A DNA stretch of 64,000 nucleotides from Eubacteriales bacterium (lineage in GTDB: Bacteria > Bacillota > Clostridia > Oscillospirales > CAG-272). A program made the position numbers and the translations under genes. Under the pieces are notes generated by a model that ran no database searches, had not been told where the DNA came from, and saw only the letters and a program-made list of their open reading frames with translations. The stretch covers positions 10,636 to 74,635 of the forward strand of contig JAXFQY010000045.1 of NCBI GenBank assembly GCA_034178705.1, read 5' to 3'. Below are positions 25,864 through 35,827 of this stretch, piece after piece (positions within the stretch are counted from its first letter, which is position 1; every line of letters begins with the position of its first letter).

Positions 25864-27222
25864 TCAGTTTTTCAAACTATGAATGGGGGCAGGAATTCTG
25901 CCTCCGCGTGCGATGAATTTTGCTGCGGAAGGGGTACGCAAGGGCATAATCGGTGCGTGTCCGAGCAATCCTCCGAATTCTACCGAATCCCCGACTCCCT
26001 TCCCGGGAGCGGGAATGACACGAACCGCTGTGGTTTTGGTATTGACGACACCGATTGCGATTTCATCGGCGATCAGTGCGGAAATTGTCTCTGCCGGTGT
26101 ATCGCCCGGAACGGCAATCATGTCAAGTCCGACCGAGCAGACCGCCGTCATCGCCTCGAGTTTTTCAATCGAAAGCGCGCCGATCTCTGCGGCATGAATC
26201 ATTCCGGCATCCTCGGAAACCGGGATAAAAGCCCCGGATAATCCGCCGACATGAGAGGAGGCCATCACGCCGCCCTTCTTCACGGCGTCATTGAGCAAGG
26301 CGAGCGCCGCGGTTGTTCCGTGTGTTCCGCAGACCTCAAGACCCATCGATTCCAATATGTAAGCAACCGAATCTCCGACCGCAGGAGTCGGGGCAAGAGA
26401 GAGATCCACAATTCCGTAAGGGATACCGAGTCGCTTAGACGCCTCATAGGCAACAAGCTGCCCGACACGGGTAATTTTGAATGCAGTCTTCTTGATCACA
26501 TCGGCAAGCTCGTCAAAGCTGCAGTCCCCTGCCCGCGCAATCGCATGAGCCACAACACCGGGACCGGAAACGCCGACATTGATCGCCGTATCGGGCTCGC
26601 CCATGCCGTGAAATGCGCCCGCCATAAACGGATTGTCCTCAGGCACATTGGAAAAGACGACAAGCTTCGCGCATCCGATTCCGTCGCGGTCGGCAGTCCG
26701 TTCTGCTGTCGCCTTGATAATTCTTCCCATCTTTGCAACCGCATCCATGTTGATGCCCGCCTTGGTAGAGGCAACATTCACAGAGGAACAGACAATCTCC
26801 GTCTCGGACAGCGCCTCCGGAATCGCATCAATCAGGGAAGCGGCTCCGCGGGTCATTCCCTTCTGCACCAAAGCACCGAAGCCGCCAACGAAATTAACAC
26901 CGACAGCGCGGCCTGCGCGATCCAGTGTCTTTGCCAGCTCCACACAGTCCTCCGGAGACGCGGAGCCGCAGACAAGGGAAATCGGGGTAACGGAGATCCG
27001 GCGATTCACAATCGGAATACCGTACTCCTTTTCAATCCCCGCCGCGACCGGTACAAGGCGCTCGGCGGTATGGGTAATCTTATCATAGATTTTTGCCGAA
27101 AGCCGTTTGCGGTCATCCGACACGCAGTCCAAAAGAGAAATTCCGACCGTGACGGTGCGCACGTCGAGATTCTCTTCCCGGATCATATTAATAGTTTCCA
27201 AAATATCGCCGGTGTTGATCAT
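25864..27222 (-). CDS. UPF0210 (DUF711, PFL-like) family protein
   Basis: The N-terminus '[27 protein letters not shown]' and the overall 452-aa length match my recollection of the UPF0210 family. Confidence 0.85.
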   Translation of the reverse strand: MINTGDILETINMIREENLDVRTVTVGISLLDCVSDDRKRLSAKIYDKITHTAERLVPVAAGIEKEYGIPIVNRRISVTPISLVCGSASPEDCVELAKTLDRAGRAVGVNFVGGFGALVQKGMTRGAASLIDAIPEALSETEIVCSSVNVASTKAGINMDAVAKMGRIIKATAERTADRDGIGCAKLVVFSNVPEDNPFMAGAFHGMGEPDTAINVGVSGPGVVAHAIARAGDCSFDELADVIKKTAFKITRVGQLVAYEASKRLGIPYGIVDLSLAPTPAVGDSVAYILESMGLEVCGTHGTTAALALLNDAVKKGGVMASSHVGGLSGAFIPVSEDAGMIHAAEIGALSIEKLEAMTAVCSVGLDMIAVPGDTPAETISALIADEIAIGVVNTKTTAVRVIPAPGKGVGDSVEFGGLLGHAPIMPLRTPSAAKFIARGGRIPAPIHSLKN

Positions 27223-27231
27223 ATCTTCTCC

Positions 27232-27501
27232 TTAAATGTGATGCATCGCATCGAAAATATCCTCGTGCATGGCACGAATCTCCAGCCCCTTTTCCCTGCC
27301 AAGCACGGTCAGGGCATCAGCGAATTCGGAAAACGGACGGTTCAGCCCAGAAATCTCCACAAGCATGATCATGGCAAAATACTGATCCAGAACGCTTTGT
27401 GTGATTTCGGTGATATTGGCTCCGTATTCGGCGCACTTGCCGCTGACCGCGGCAATAATGCCGATCGTATCCTTCCCGATAACGGAAATGACTGCTCTCA
27501 T
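27232..27501 (-). CDS. ACT domain protein (UPF0237 family)
   Basis: An 89-aa protein. 'MRAVISVIGKDTIGIIAAVSGKCAEYGANI' is typical of the ACT-domain partner of UPF0210. Confidence 0.85.
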   Translation of the reverse strand: MRAVISVIGKDTIGIIAAVSGKCAEYGANITEITQSVLDQYFAMIMLVEISGLNRPFSEFADALTVLGREKGLEIRAMHEDIFDAMHHI

Positions 27502-27521
27502 GTTGTTCTCCTTTTCGGAAG

Positions 27522-28358
27522 TTATTTCAAAAGCACCGGTTCTGTACCGATACCTGTGATATCATAGGTAAACTGCTTTGTCTGCATCCGGACGATTGTT
27601 TTATCCGCCCGCAGGCTTTCATAGGACAAAAGGTATCCGCGGTCAATATCCAAAAGATAAACCTCCGTACGGTCAGAATACCCAAGCGTGATGCGCGCCA
27701 TATTGACACTCTCCTGACGGAGGGATTCGAGGGTACAGGTCTGCACTGTGCCGAATTTCCATTCGGACGGCGAGCCGTCCTTGAAATTGATAACAAAATT
27801 AACAAGATCCAGTGCGGATACCGTTCCGGTCATTTGTTCAAAATAGGAGGAAGCCGTCACTTCCTGAGCAGCTCTCACCCCGGAATCGGCGTCGGCAAAC
27901 TCTGCCTGTCCTTTGCTGTACAGAATTTCCCGTATGGTTACACCGTTTCTGGTAACCAGCAAATGAAAATCCGCATTCCGGCGAAGAACACTGAAGCTTT
28001 CCGCCGCAACTGTCGTATCCCCATACGTGATTGTATACTCGTGGAGATAACTGTTGCTGAGGGTTCCCGTCGCAAGAATGTGGCGGATTGCCGAAGGGGC
28101 AAGAGCCTCATAGCTGACCGTTTCCTGCGCGTCGACCCCGGCAAGCCGATCCAGCAAAGCGGAAACCTCTCCGCTGTCTTCCGGCACCTCGGAGGAGTGA
28201 CTTTCCCCAAAGGGAAGTGTCACGATTCCGGCAGAGGATAACCCCCAAATTCCAAGGAAAAGCAGAACAAGCATTCCCAGAACAATCGGGATAAAAGAGA
28301 GAAAAGTACTTCCTTGAATCTCCTTGTCGCGCATAGCTTTGCCTTTCCGGCCCCTCAC
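27522..28358 (-). CDS. Membrane-anchored hypothetical protein
   Basis: One N-terminal TM helix (FLSFIPIVLGMLVLLFLGIWGL) followed by a ~230-aa extracytoplasmic domain with no motif I recognise. GTG 28358 overlaps the upstream stop (GTGA). ATG 28334, with GGAAAGG upstream, is an alternative. Confidence 0.6.
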   Translation of the reverse strand: MRGRKGKAMRDKEIQGSTFLSFIPIVLGMLVLLFLGIWGLSSAGIVTLPFGESHSSEVPEDSGEVSALLDRLAGVDAQETVSYEALAPSAIRHILATGTLSNSYLHEYTITYGDTTVAAESFSVLRRNADFHLLVTRNGVTIREILYSKGQAEFADADSGVRAAQEVTASSYFEQMTGTVSALDLVNFVINFKDGSPSEWKFGTVQTCTLESLRQESVNMARITLGYSDRTEVYLLDIDRGYLLSYESLRADKTIVRMQTKQFTYDITGIGTEPVLLK

Positions 28359-29491
28359 GGTGCCTGTCCGTCCGGATTCTGCGGAGATTTCTGAGAGAGT
28401 TTCTCCGTATCCTCAGAGACTATATCCTCCGGATGCGGATCGATATTCTCAAGACCGGTCAGGCTCCGGAGCGCCTTATTCTTCATAATAAAGTAGAGGA
28501 CAATATACAGCCCGACTGCTGCCGTGATCAGGCACAAAGCGGGCAGGTGAGACTCCTCGGTCAGCAGAACGGCGGCAATGCCAAGCAAGCCGCTGATCGA
28601 ATAAAGAATCCGCACGCTTTGCTTATGACCGAAGCCCATATCGACAAGACGATGATGCAGGTGCCCGCGATCCGCCGAAAAGGGATTTTTCCCCCGCACG
28701 ATACGCCGGACAACGGCAAAGCAGGTGTCAAAAAGAGGCAGCCCGAAAATAGACAGCGGGATCAAAAAGGACAGAACCGCGTGAACCTTGAAGACGCCGC
28801 CGATCGAAAGAACGGAAAGCGTATATCCGAGGAACAGCGATCCGGTGTCCCCCATGATAATCTTCGCAGGGTTTGCATTAAAAGGGAGAAACCCGATACA
28901 GCTTCCCGCAAGCAATGCGGCCAGCAGCGCATAATAGGTGTTGCCGTTCAGCAGGGTAACCATCGCAAGAGAGATTGAACCGATCATCGAAACACCGCAG
29001 GCAAGCCCGTCCAAACCGTCGATCAGATTTACCGCATTGGTCAGCGCAACAATCCACAGGACCGTGACGGGAATGCTCCATCCGCCGAGCGGGGTCGGGA
29101 CGCCGCCCCAGTTAAAAAAGGAGATCCGCACGCCGAGACAAACGGGGATAAAGGAAACAGCGATCTGAACCAACGCCTTCATCCATGCTTTAAGGGCAAA
29201 AACATCATCGAAAATACCGAGCAGAACCAGAATCACTCCCCCAATCCAAACGGCAACAAGATCGTGCGTCAGATCGCAGAAAACAAGCGTCGAAATGAAA
29301 AAAGCAAAAAACATGGCAAGACCGCCGATTCGGGGAATCGGATTCCGATGCATGCGCCTGCCGTCCTTCACGCGGTCCACCGCATTAATCTTAAAGGCAA
29401 GCACGCGCACAGCCGGCGTTGCAGAAAATGCGAGCAGAGCTGCACAAACGACAGCGGCCACGGCATAAATCCATTCGGTTGAGATCATCAT
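28355..29491 (-). CDS. Glycosyltransferase family 4 polyprenyl-phosphate HexNAc-1-phosphate transferase (WecA/TagO/MraY-like)
   Basis: A ~10-TM protein with 'NAVNLIDGLDGLA', 'IIMGDTGSLFLGY' and 'HLHHRLV'. Confidence 0.88.
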   Translation of the reverse strand: MMISTEWIYAVAAVVCAALLAFSATPAVRVLAFKINAVDRVKDGRRMHRNPIPRIGGLAMFFAFFISTLVFCDLTHDLVAVWIGGVILVLLGIFDDVFALKAWMKALVQIAVSFIPVCLGVRISFFNWGGVPTPLGGWSIPVTVLWIVALTNAVNLIDGLDGLACGVSMIGSISLAMVTLLNGNTYYALLAALLAGSCIGFLPFNANPAKIIMGDTGSLFLGYTLSVLSIGGVFKVHAVLSFLIPLSIFGLPLFDTCFAVVRRIVRGKNPFSADRGHLHHRLVDMGFGHKQSVRILYSISGLLGIAAVLLTEESHLPALCLITAAVGLYIVLYFIMKNKALRSLTGLENIDPHPEDIVSEDTEKLSQKSPQNPDGQAP

Positions 29492-29502
29492 TCGGAATCC
29501 TT

Positions 29503-30525
29503 TCAGCGGGGCAGCTCAGTAAACCCCATTTTTCTTTTGACCTTTGCGAGCGTTCTGCGGGCGGCATGGGAGGCGCGCTCTGCGCCCATACGCATCACGC
29601 TCTCAAGATATCCTTTGTCCGCCATCAACCGTTTATACTCTTCCTGCACAGGGGTAAGGGTATCCGCACACAGCTCCCCGACAGCAAGCTTGAAGTCTCC
29701 ATAGCCCCTTCCGGCGAACTCCCGCTCCACCTCTTCCGGCGTCTTTCCGGAAAGCACGGAATAAACCGTGATCAGGTTGTTGATCCCGTCCTTGCCTTCT
29801 CCGCGGACAATCTCGCTGCCCGAATCGGTCACGGCCCGGCGGAATTTGCGAATCACAGCATCGCGCGGGTCAAGAATATACACAGTCGCATTCACGTTCT
29901 CATCCGATTTCGACATTTTCTGGGTCGGCTCTGCCAAGGACATGATTTTCGCCCCGTTTTCGGGAATATAGCCCTCAGGCATCCGGAAGGTTTCTCCATA
30001 AAGATTGTTAAAGCGAGCCGCGATGTTGCGCGCCAGCTCCAGATGCTGTTTCTGATCCATACCGATCGGAACAATATCCGTCTGATACAGGAGAATATCC
30101 GCCGCCATCAATACAGGATAGGTAAAAAGCCCTGCATTGACATTATCGGAATGCTTGCGGCTTTTATCCTTGAACTGCGTCATACGGGAAAGCTCCCCGA
30201 ACATTGTGTTGCAGCCAAGCAACCAGGAGAGCTCCGTATGTTCATGCACATGGGACTGTACATAGAGCGTGTTCTTTTCCGGGTCGAGCCCGCATGCCAT
30301 GTAAAGTGCCAGCGTCTCATAGGTATGCCGCCGCAGCTCAGCGGGAACCTGGTGAACCGTAACCGAATGCAGATCGGCAACACAGTAATAACAGTCACCA
30401 AGCTCCGAGAAGGTTCCGAAATTCCGGAGCGCACCGAGATAATTTCCGATCGTCAGGTTTCCGGACGGCTGAATGCCGGAATAAACGATCTTTCTTTTTT
30501 CATTGTTTACCATGCTGTTTTCCAT
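29503..30525 (-). CDS. trpS: Tryptophan--tRNA ligase
   Basis: 'SGIQPSGNLTIGNYLGA' (HIGH region) and 'KMSKS'. Confidence 0.95.
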   Translation of the reverse strand: MENSMVNNEKRKIVYSGIQPSGNLTIGNYLGALRNFGTFSELGDCYYCVADLHSVTVHQVPAELRRHTYETLALYMACGLDPEKNTLYVQSHVHEHTELSWLLGCNTMFGELSRMTQFKDKSRKHSDNVNAGLFTYPVLMAADILLYQTDIVPIGMDQKQHLELARNIAARFNNLYGETFRMPEGYIPENGAKIMSLAEPTQKMSKSDENVNATVYILDPRDAVIRKFRRAVTDSGSEIVRGEGKDGINNLITVYSVLSGKTPEEVEREFAGRGYGDFKLAVGELCADTLTPVQEEYKRLMADKGYLESVMRMGAERASHAARRTLAKVKRKMGFTELPR

Positions 30526-30542
30526 CTTGGCTTTTCCTTTCG

Positions 30543-31733
30543 TCAGTCAAAAAGCTCATGTGCGACGCCGCCGATCAGCTCCGCGCCGCGCAGAATCTGC
30601 TCGTCACTCGGGGTGGAGTAGTTCAGACGGAAGCCGGAGGAAGGCTTTGCGGGGTCGCAGTTAAAGGTAACACCGGGCACAACCGCCACCTTGCGGCGCA
30701 TACACTCCGCGGCAAACGGCGCGCTGTCCGCACCGTCCGGCAGCATCCCCCAAAGGAACAGACCTCCCTGCGGGCGGGTAAAGCGGATGCATTTCGTGAG
30801 AAAGCGATCGAGAGCCGAAAGCATCAGCGCGGACTTCCGCCGATAAAGAGCGCGGATTTCTTCGATATGCGCATCCAGATCGCATTCGGTCATGTATTTG
30901 TGGCAAAGCATCTGAAAGAAAATATTCGTATGAACGTCTTCACTCTGCTTCGCTACGGTCATTTTCGATACAATCCGACTGTCGGCAATGACAAAGCCGA
31001 CCCGCATCCCGGCAGAAAGAATCTTCGAGAAAGAGGAGCAGTAAATCACCCGTCCGTCCTCATCCAGGGATTTCAGAGTAGGCAGCTCCTCTCCGCCGAA
31101 ACGCAGTTCTCCGTACGGATTGTCCTCAAAAATAACGATATCATGCTTTGCGGCAACGCGAAGAATCGCCTTCCTTTTTTCAAGGGAAGTTGTGATTCCG
31201 CAGGGGTTGTGAAAGGTCGGAATCAGATAGAGCAGTTTCGCATTCGGGGTATCCCGGAGAACCCGATCCAGCTCATCGGGGTCGATGCCGTCCTCCCGCA
31301 GCGGGACGCCGACCGTCTCCGCTCCGCAGGAGCGGAACGCATTCAGTGCGCCGATAAAGGTCGGATCTTCGCAGAGGACAGCGTCCCCCTCGTTGGTGAA
31401 AACCTTTGCCGCCAATTCAATTCCCTGCTGTCCGCCGCTGACAATCAGAACCGCATCGGGTTCCCGCAGAACCCCGAAGCGCTCCTTCTGGCGCTTTGCA
31501 ATCGCGTCACGCAAAGGGGCATAGCCCTCCGTGATGCTGTATTGCAGGGCAGAAACCGCGTTCTGATCGAAAATGTCCTCGGAAAGACGCTTCAGCTCCG
31601 CAACAGGAAAGGATTCCGGAGAGGGATTCCCTGCCGCAAAAGAGATTACTTCCGGATCAACAAGCGATTTGAACATCTCTCGGATGGCAGAAGGCTTCAG
31701 ATTTTTGATTTTATCGGAAAAATTATAATTCAT
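30543..31733 (-). CDS. PLP-dependent aminotransferase, class I/II (LysN/2-aminoadipate transaminase-like)
   Basis: 'PSAIREMF', 'YLIPTFHNPCG' and 'SSFSKILSAGMRVGF' (PLP lysine). The specific substrate cannot be told from sequence. Confidence 0.85.
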   Translation of the reverse strand: MNYNFSDKIKNLKPSAIREMFKSLVDPEVISFAAGNPSPESFPVAELKRLSEDIFDQNAVSALQYSITEGYAPLRDAIAKRQKERFGVLREPDAVLIVSGGQQGIELAAKVFTNEGDAVLCEDPTFIGALNAFRSCGAETVGVPLREDGIDPDELDRVLRDTPNAKLLYLIPTFHNPCGITTSLEKRKAILRVAAKHDIVIFEDNPYGELRFGGEELPTLKSLDEDGRVIYCSSFSKILSAGMRVGFVIADSRIVSKMTVAKQSEDVHTNIFFQMLCHKYMTECDLDAHIEEIRALYRRKSALMLSALDRFLTKCIRFTRPQGGLFLWGMLPDGADSAPFAAECMRRKVAVVPGVTFNCDPAKPSSGFRLNYSTPSDEQILRGAELIGGVAHELFD

Positions 31734-31760
31734 AAATCATCACTCCGTTTCTTTTTCTGC

Positions 31761-32345
31761 TTACGGAAGAGAGAGTTCCACAGAATCTGTCGGCGCCTCG
31801 GCGGCATAAATCAGCATACTGCCGTACGGCATGTCACAGGATGGATCTGCATCTCCAAAATATACATCAAGATAAAGATAATTGCATTGGGTTGCGTCAA
31901 TACCGTCAAAAACAAGACGGCGGTAGCTGTAAATCAGCTTATGGCAATAACTCCCCTCCGTCAGCGTGTAAACCGTTCCTGCGTCATCGCGCAAATAAAA
32001 ACAGAAACGTTCGTCTGTTCCTTCAGGAGAAAGGGCCAGCCCGAAATCCGCGGCAATATCCTGAAGCGTGCTGTCATTGTAGCGAAGCGCCACCTGCACC
32101 TCCTTTATCTCCGGGATCGCAAGAAAATGGTTAAAAAAGAAGTGTCCCTTGTCCTTATTATCATAGGGTGTGATCGGCTTCTGCGTAAAGCCGCTGAGTG
32201 TACCCGACGCCGTGCGCAAAGCGGCACTGTTATAGACCTCCTTGACCTCAGCCGGCCACCAGGAGGCCAAAGCGATCCGTGCAATCAACATGCCGCAGAC
32301 CAGAAATATTCCGCAAACAACAACGATTTTCAATATTTTCTGCAT
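31761..32345 (-). CDS. Membrane-anchored hypothetical protein
   Basis: N-terminal TM helix (ILKIVVVCGIFLVCGMLIARIAL) plus a ~160-aa soluble domain. Tightly spaced downstream of polA. No recognisable motif. Confidence 0.55.
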   Translation of the reverse strand: MQKILKIVVVCGIFLVCGMLIARIALASWWPAEVKEVYNSAALRTASGTLSGFTQKPITPYDNKDKGHFFFNHFLAIPEIKEVQVALRYNDSTLQDIAADFGLALSPEGTDERFCFYLRDDAGTVYTLTEGSYCHKLIYSYRRLVFDGIDATQCNYLYLDVYFGDADPSCDMPYGSMLIYAAEAPTDSVELSLP

Positions 32346-32354
32346 AAATCCCCC

Positions 32355-34856
32355 TCAATGGCACGCAAGCCAGGTATTTCCCGTTCCGCTCTCCGCCGGG
32401 AGCGGAACCGTAAGCTTGACCGCGTTTTCCATCTCCTCGGCAAGGATCTTTGCCGCAAGATCAATATCTGACGCCGGTGCCTCCGCGAGCAGCTCGTCAT
32501 GAACCTGAAGCAGAAGGCGTGCCGTGGGCAGCTCACGCTCGAAGCGGCGCGTCACCCGGATCATCGCCAGCTTGATGATATCGGCAGCGCTTCCCTGGAT
32601 CGGACTGTTCATCGCAACCCGCTCCCCGAAAGCCTGAAGATTACGGTTGCCGGACTTCAGCTCGGGAATGGAGCGCCGACGTCCGAATACGGTTGTAACA
32701 TAACCGTTCTCCCGAGCCTGCGCAACAATCTCCTCGAGATACCGGCTGACGCCCGGAAAGCGCGCCTTGTAGCTGTCGATATAAGAGCGTGCCTCCCGCC
32801 GGGAAATATGAAGATCCTCGGAAAGAGAAAATTCCCCGATACCATAGATAATTCCGAAGTTGACCGCCTTGGCACGCTTCCGCAGCTCCGGCGTTACCAG
32901 TTCCTCCGGCACACCGAAAACGGCAGCCGCCGTGGAAGTATGGATATCTTCCCCGGACAAAAACGCATTTTTCAGGTTTTCATCCCCGCTGATATGTGCC
33001 ATGAGTCGCAATTCAATCTGTGAGTAGTCGGCATCCGCCAGAAGATAGCCCTCAGTCGGAATAAAAAACCTTCTCAGCTCCCTGCCGAGTTCCGTGCGAA
33101 TAGGAATATTCTGCAGATTCGGATCGGTCGAGGAAAGCCGGCCGGTCGCAGTAACACTCTGATGGAAGGTGGTATGCACACGCCCGTCCTCATCCGCTGC
33201 ATGACACAGCCCCTCCACAAAGGTCGAATTCAGCTTGGTCACATGGCGATATTCCAGGACAAGCGAAACGATCTCATTCTCCGGTGCGAGCTTTTCCAAT
33301 ACATCGGATGCAGTAGAGTAGCCGTTCTTCGTCTTTTTCGGCGCCTTCAGCTTCATCTCATCAAACAGAACCGTTCCGAGCTGCTTTGGGGAATTGATGT
33401 TGAATTCCCGTCCGGCAAGAAAGCAGATGCGCTTCTCAAGATCCCCCGCATAAGCTGAGAGGTTTTTCCCGAAAGCGGTCAGCCCCGCGATGTCGACCCG
33501 GGAACCGATCTGCTCCATCTCATAAAGAATCTCTGCAACGGGAATCTCTATATCGGTCAGCAGGCTCAGGGCCCCGATTTTCTCAAGTTCTGCGCGGAGT
33601 GTTTTTTCCAGTTCGGACAGATAGACGACCGCGCATCCGTCGGACGGCGGATACTTTGCCGCAAGCGCGTCAAGCGAGTAATCCGATGCGGCGGGATCAA
33701 GAATATATGCCGCCAGCATGGTATCAAACACACAACCGCGCACGCGGGTGTGCAGTGCCGTGCAAAGCGCCTTCAGATCGTGGCAGATCAGCCGGCAACT
33801 GCCGTCAAATAGCGGAGCGGCATCCGGAAGGACATCCTTTGTCAGGATCCGGCATATACCGTCTGTTCTTACGGCAAGCGAACCGTCCTGCAGGAGAAAC
33901 AGAACGCTGACTCCGGTGCGGGCAGCGGCCAGAACATCAGACGGTGACGTGCATACAGCGTCCGCAGGGGGCTCCAAAGAAAGCTTGTCCGCGTGGAGCG
34001 CAAGTCTCTCGGTAAGCTTGACAAAGCCCAGCTCAGAGAAAATTCTGCGCAGAGCGCGGTCATCCCGCTTGACACGCTCCGCATCCGCAAGCGAGAAGCC
34101 AAGTGCGGCATTCCGGTCAATTGCCGCAAGCGTCCGGGAAAGATAGGCGGATTCCCGCCCAGCAGTCAGCTTTTCCTTCTGACCCGCAGGAATATCCCCG
34201 GCAGAGGGGAGCGCGGCATAAAGCGCATCCAGGGTTCCATAGGAGGAAATCAGCTTCAGCGCGGTTTTCTCCCCGATTCCCGGAACGCCCGGAATGTTGT
34301 CGGAGGAGTCCCCCATCAACGCCTTTACATCAACAAACCGATCCGGAGATACGCCGTACCTTTCCGTAAAGGCAGGAATGTCCATTACTGCCGTTTCCCG
34401 GTTTCCCGCAAGCAGAACGGTCGTGCGGTCATCGATCAGCTGAAGGCTGTCGCGGTCTCCCGTAAGCAGATAGGTCAAATAATCCCCGCGCTCCCCCGCC
34501 TCTCGGGCAAAGGTTCCGAGAATATCATCCGCTTCAAACCCGGGGCACTCGGCGACATAGAAACCGAGGGCCCGCAGGCAGTCCTTTGCGACAGGAAACT
34601 GCGCAAGCAGCTCCGGAGGAGCCGGACGACGCCCGGCCTTATAGGCATCATACATCTGATGCCGGAAGGTCGGTGCTTTGACGTCAAATGCCGCAACCGC
34701 GGTATCCGGAGCCAAAGCCTCCCATTGGGACAAAACCGAGTTGAGAAGGCCGAAAACCGCATTGGTGGGCACCCCGGACGGGGACGTCAGCGGCGCGACA
34801 GCGTAAAACGCGCGGTTCAGGATGCTGTTTGCGTCGATAACAAGCAGTTTCTTCAT
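32355..34856 (-). CDS. polA: DNA polymerase I
   Basis: 5'-nuclease N-terminus ('LLVIDANSILNRAFYA', 'GDSSDNIPGVPGIGEKTA'). Pol motifs 'DYSQIELR', 'RRSIPELKSGN' region, 'AKAVNFGIIYG' and 'QVHDELL'. Confidence 0.95.
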   Translation of the reverse strand: MKKLLVIDANSILNRAFYAVAPLTSPSGVPTNAVFGLLNSVLSQWEALAPDTAVAAFDVKAPTFRHQMYDAYKAGRRPAPPELLAQFPVAKDCLRALGFYVAECPGFEADDILGTFAREAGERGDYLTYLLTGDRDSLQLIDDRTTVLLAGNRETAVMDIPAFTERYGVSPDRFVDVKALMGDSSDNIPGVPGIGEKTALKLISSYGTLDALYAALPSAGDIPAGQKEKLTAGRESAYLSRTLAAIDRNAALGFSLADAERVKRDDRALRRIFSELGFVKLTERLALHADKLSLEPPADAVCTSPSDVLAAARTGVSVLFLLQDGSLAVRTDGICRILTKDVLPDAAPLFDGSCRLICHDLKALCTALHTRVRGCVFDTMLAAYILDPAASDYSLDALAAKYPPSDGCAVVYLSELEKTLRAELEKIGALSLLTDIEIPVAEILYEMEQIGSRVDIAGLTAFGKNLSAYAGDLEKRICFLAGREFNINSPKQLGTVLFDEMKLKAPKKTKNGYSTASDVLEKLAPENEIVSLVLEYRHVTKLNSTFVEGLCHAADEDGRVHTTFHQSVTATGRLSSTDPNLQNIPIRTELGRELRRFFIPTEGYLLADADYSQIELRLMAHISGDENLKNAFLSGEDIHTSTAAAVFGVPEELVTPELRKRAKAVNFGIIYGIGEFSLSEDLHISRREARSYIDSYKARFPGVSRYLEEIVAQARENGYVTTVFGRRRSIPELKSGNRNLQAFGERVAMNSPIQGSAADIIKLAMIRVTRRFERELPTARLLLQVHDELLAEAPASDIDLAAKILAEEMENAVKLTVPLPAESGTGNTWLACH

Positions 34857-34899
34857 CTTTTCCTCCGTTTCGAGTTACAAAATCCCCATATGTCCGGAA

Positions 34900-35799
34900 T
34901 CAGGCGTTGCTTCCGGTCTCATTCTCTTTTTCTGCTTCCGGCGGATTGCCTCCGCGGCGCATCGTCAGAAGAAGAACCGCTGTATAAAGGGAAAAAGCAA
35001 TCATCAGAATATCAAAAATCACATGGATCAGCAATGCATCTCTGCGGACCAGAAACCAAACCAGACCGGGAACGCCCGAAAACAGACCGAGGGTAATCAC
35101 ACCGAGTCCGGAAACCGCAAACAAAGTCGGATGGGGGATTGTACCGAAAAACCGACAGCGCAGGACAAGGAAAAGCGCACAGATGCAGGCAGCCAGCGTA
35201 AAGATCGGCTTATTCGGGCAGTTGATCACAAGCGTTTCATCAAAATACACCTCAAAGCAGAGCAGCACAAGCGCAGCAGCCGGAACAAGCGCAGCAAGCG
35301 CGCGTCCGTAACGGATGCCGGAAACCGGCAGTACCGCATCGGTCAGCGTAACAAGAGCGGCCAGAACCGAAAAGACCGCGGTCACAATCGCAAGATTCCT
35401 GTTAACCGTGCCGCTGCTGCGCAGAGAAGACTGTTCAAACATCACGGCAATCCAAACGCACGCCATCAGCAAGGAAGGAAGGACAGCCGAAATTCCTGTG
35501 GAAAAAGGGGAAGAATTCGCCAACACAGGGGACAGCCGAAGCGCCGTCCAAACAGAAAGCAAAAGGCCAAGCAAAACCGTCAGCCACATAAAATACGGCA
35601 CAATTCCCGGCTCTGCGGCGTCATAATAGCCGCTTTGCGGGTTATAACAATTGAACAGGAGAAAACAACGCAGCAAAGCGGCAATCAAGCCGAAAACCGC
35701 TGCCGCCGCTACGGGGATTCCAAGGCGGAGTCCGACCCGGGTTCCGGGTGCCGGCATGTTCTCCGCTCTTTCAGTAGACGTGTTTTTTTTCAGTATCAT
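34900..35799 (-). CDS. Polytopic membrane protein, unknown function
   Basis: About 8 predicted hydrophobic helices. The opposite-strand ORF (34822..35850) is low-complexity R/K/Q-rich and was rejected. Confidence 0.6.
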   Translation of the reverse strand: MILKKNTSTERAENMPAPGTRVGLRLGIPVAAAAVFGLIAALLRCFLLFNCYNPQSGYYDAAEPGIVPYFMWLTVLLGLLLSVWTALRLSPVLANSSPFSTGISAVLPSLLMACVWIAVMFEQSSLRSSGTVNRNLAIVTAVFSVLAALVTLTDAVLPVSGIRYGRALAALVPAAALVLLCFEVYFDETLVINCPNKPIFTLAACICALFLVLRCRFFGTIPHPTLFAVSGLGVITLGLFSGVPGLVWFLVRRDALLIHVIFDILMIAFSLYTAVLLLTMRRGGNPPEAEKENETGSNA

Positions 35800-35827
35800 G
35801 ACCTTCCCTCGTACGATTTCTATTCTT

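Noticed and set aside
30558-32471. Very long ORFs on the strand opposite to well-supported genes. Examples: 30558..32471 (+, 637 aa), 57218..58858 (+, 546 aa), 60831..62432 (+, 533 aa), 1578..2780 (-, 400 aa), 20305..21609 (-), 26251..27567 (+), 29419..30621 (+), 37004..38263 (+), 41342..42646 (+), 44816..45889 (-), 48865..49923 (-), 34822..35850 (+) and 39274..39957 (+).
   Set aside because: Each lies antisense to a gene with unmistakable family motifs (aminotransferase, pknB, rsmB, cotH, dxr, UPF0210, trpS, truB, alr, ftsW, A2M, the 34900..35799 membrane protein, aspS). Their translations are R/G/P/Q-rich low-complexity sequence with no motifs or RBS. They are typical stop-poor shadow frames of GC-rich coding DNA.
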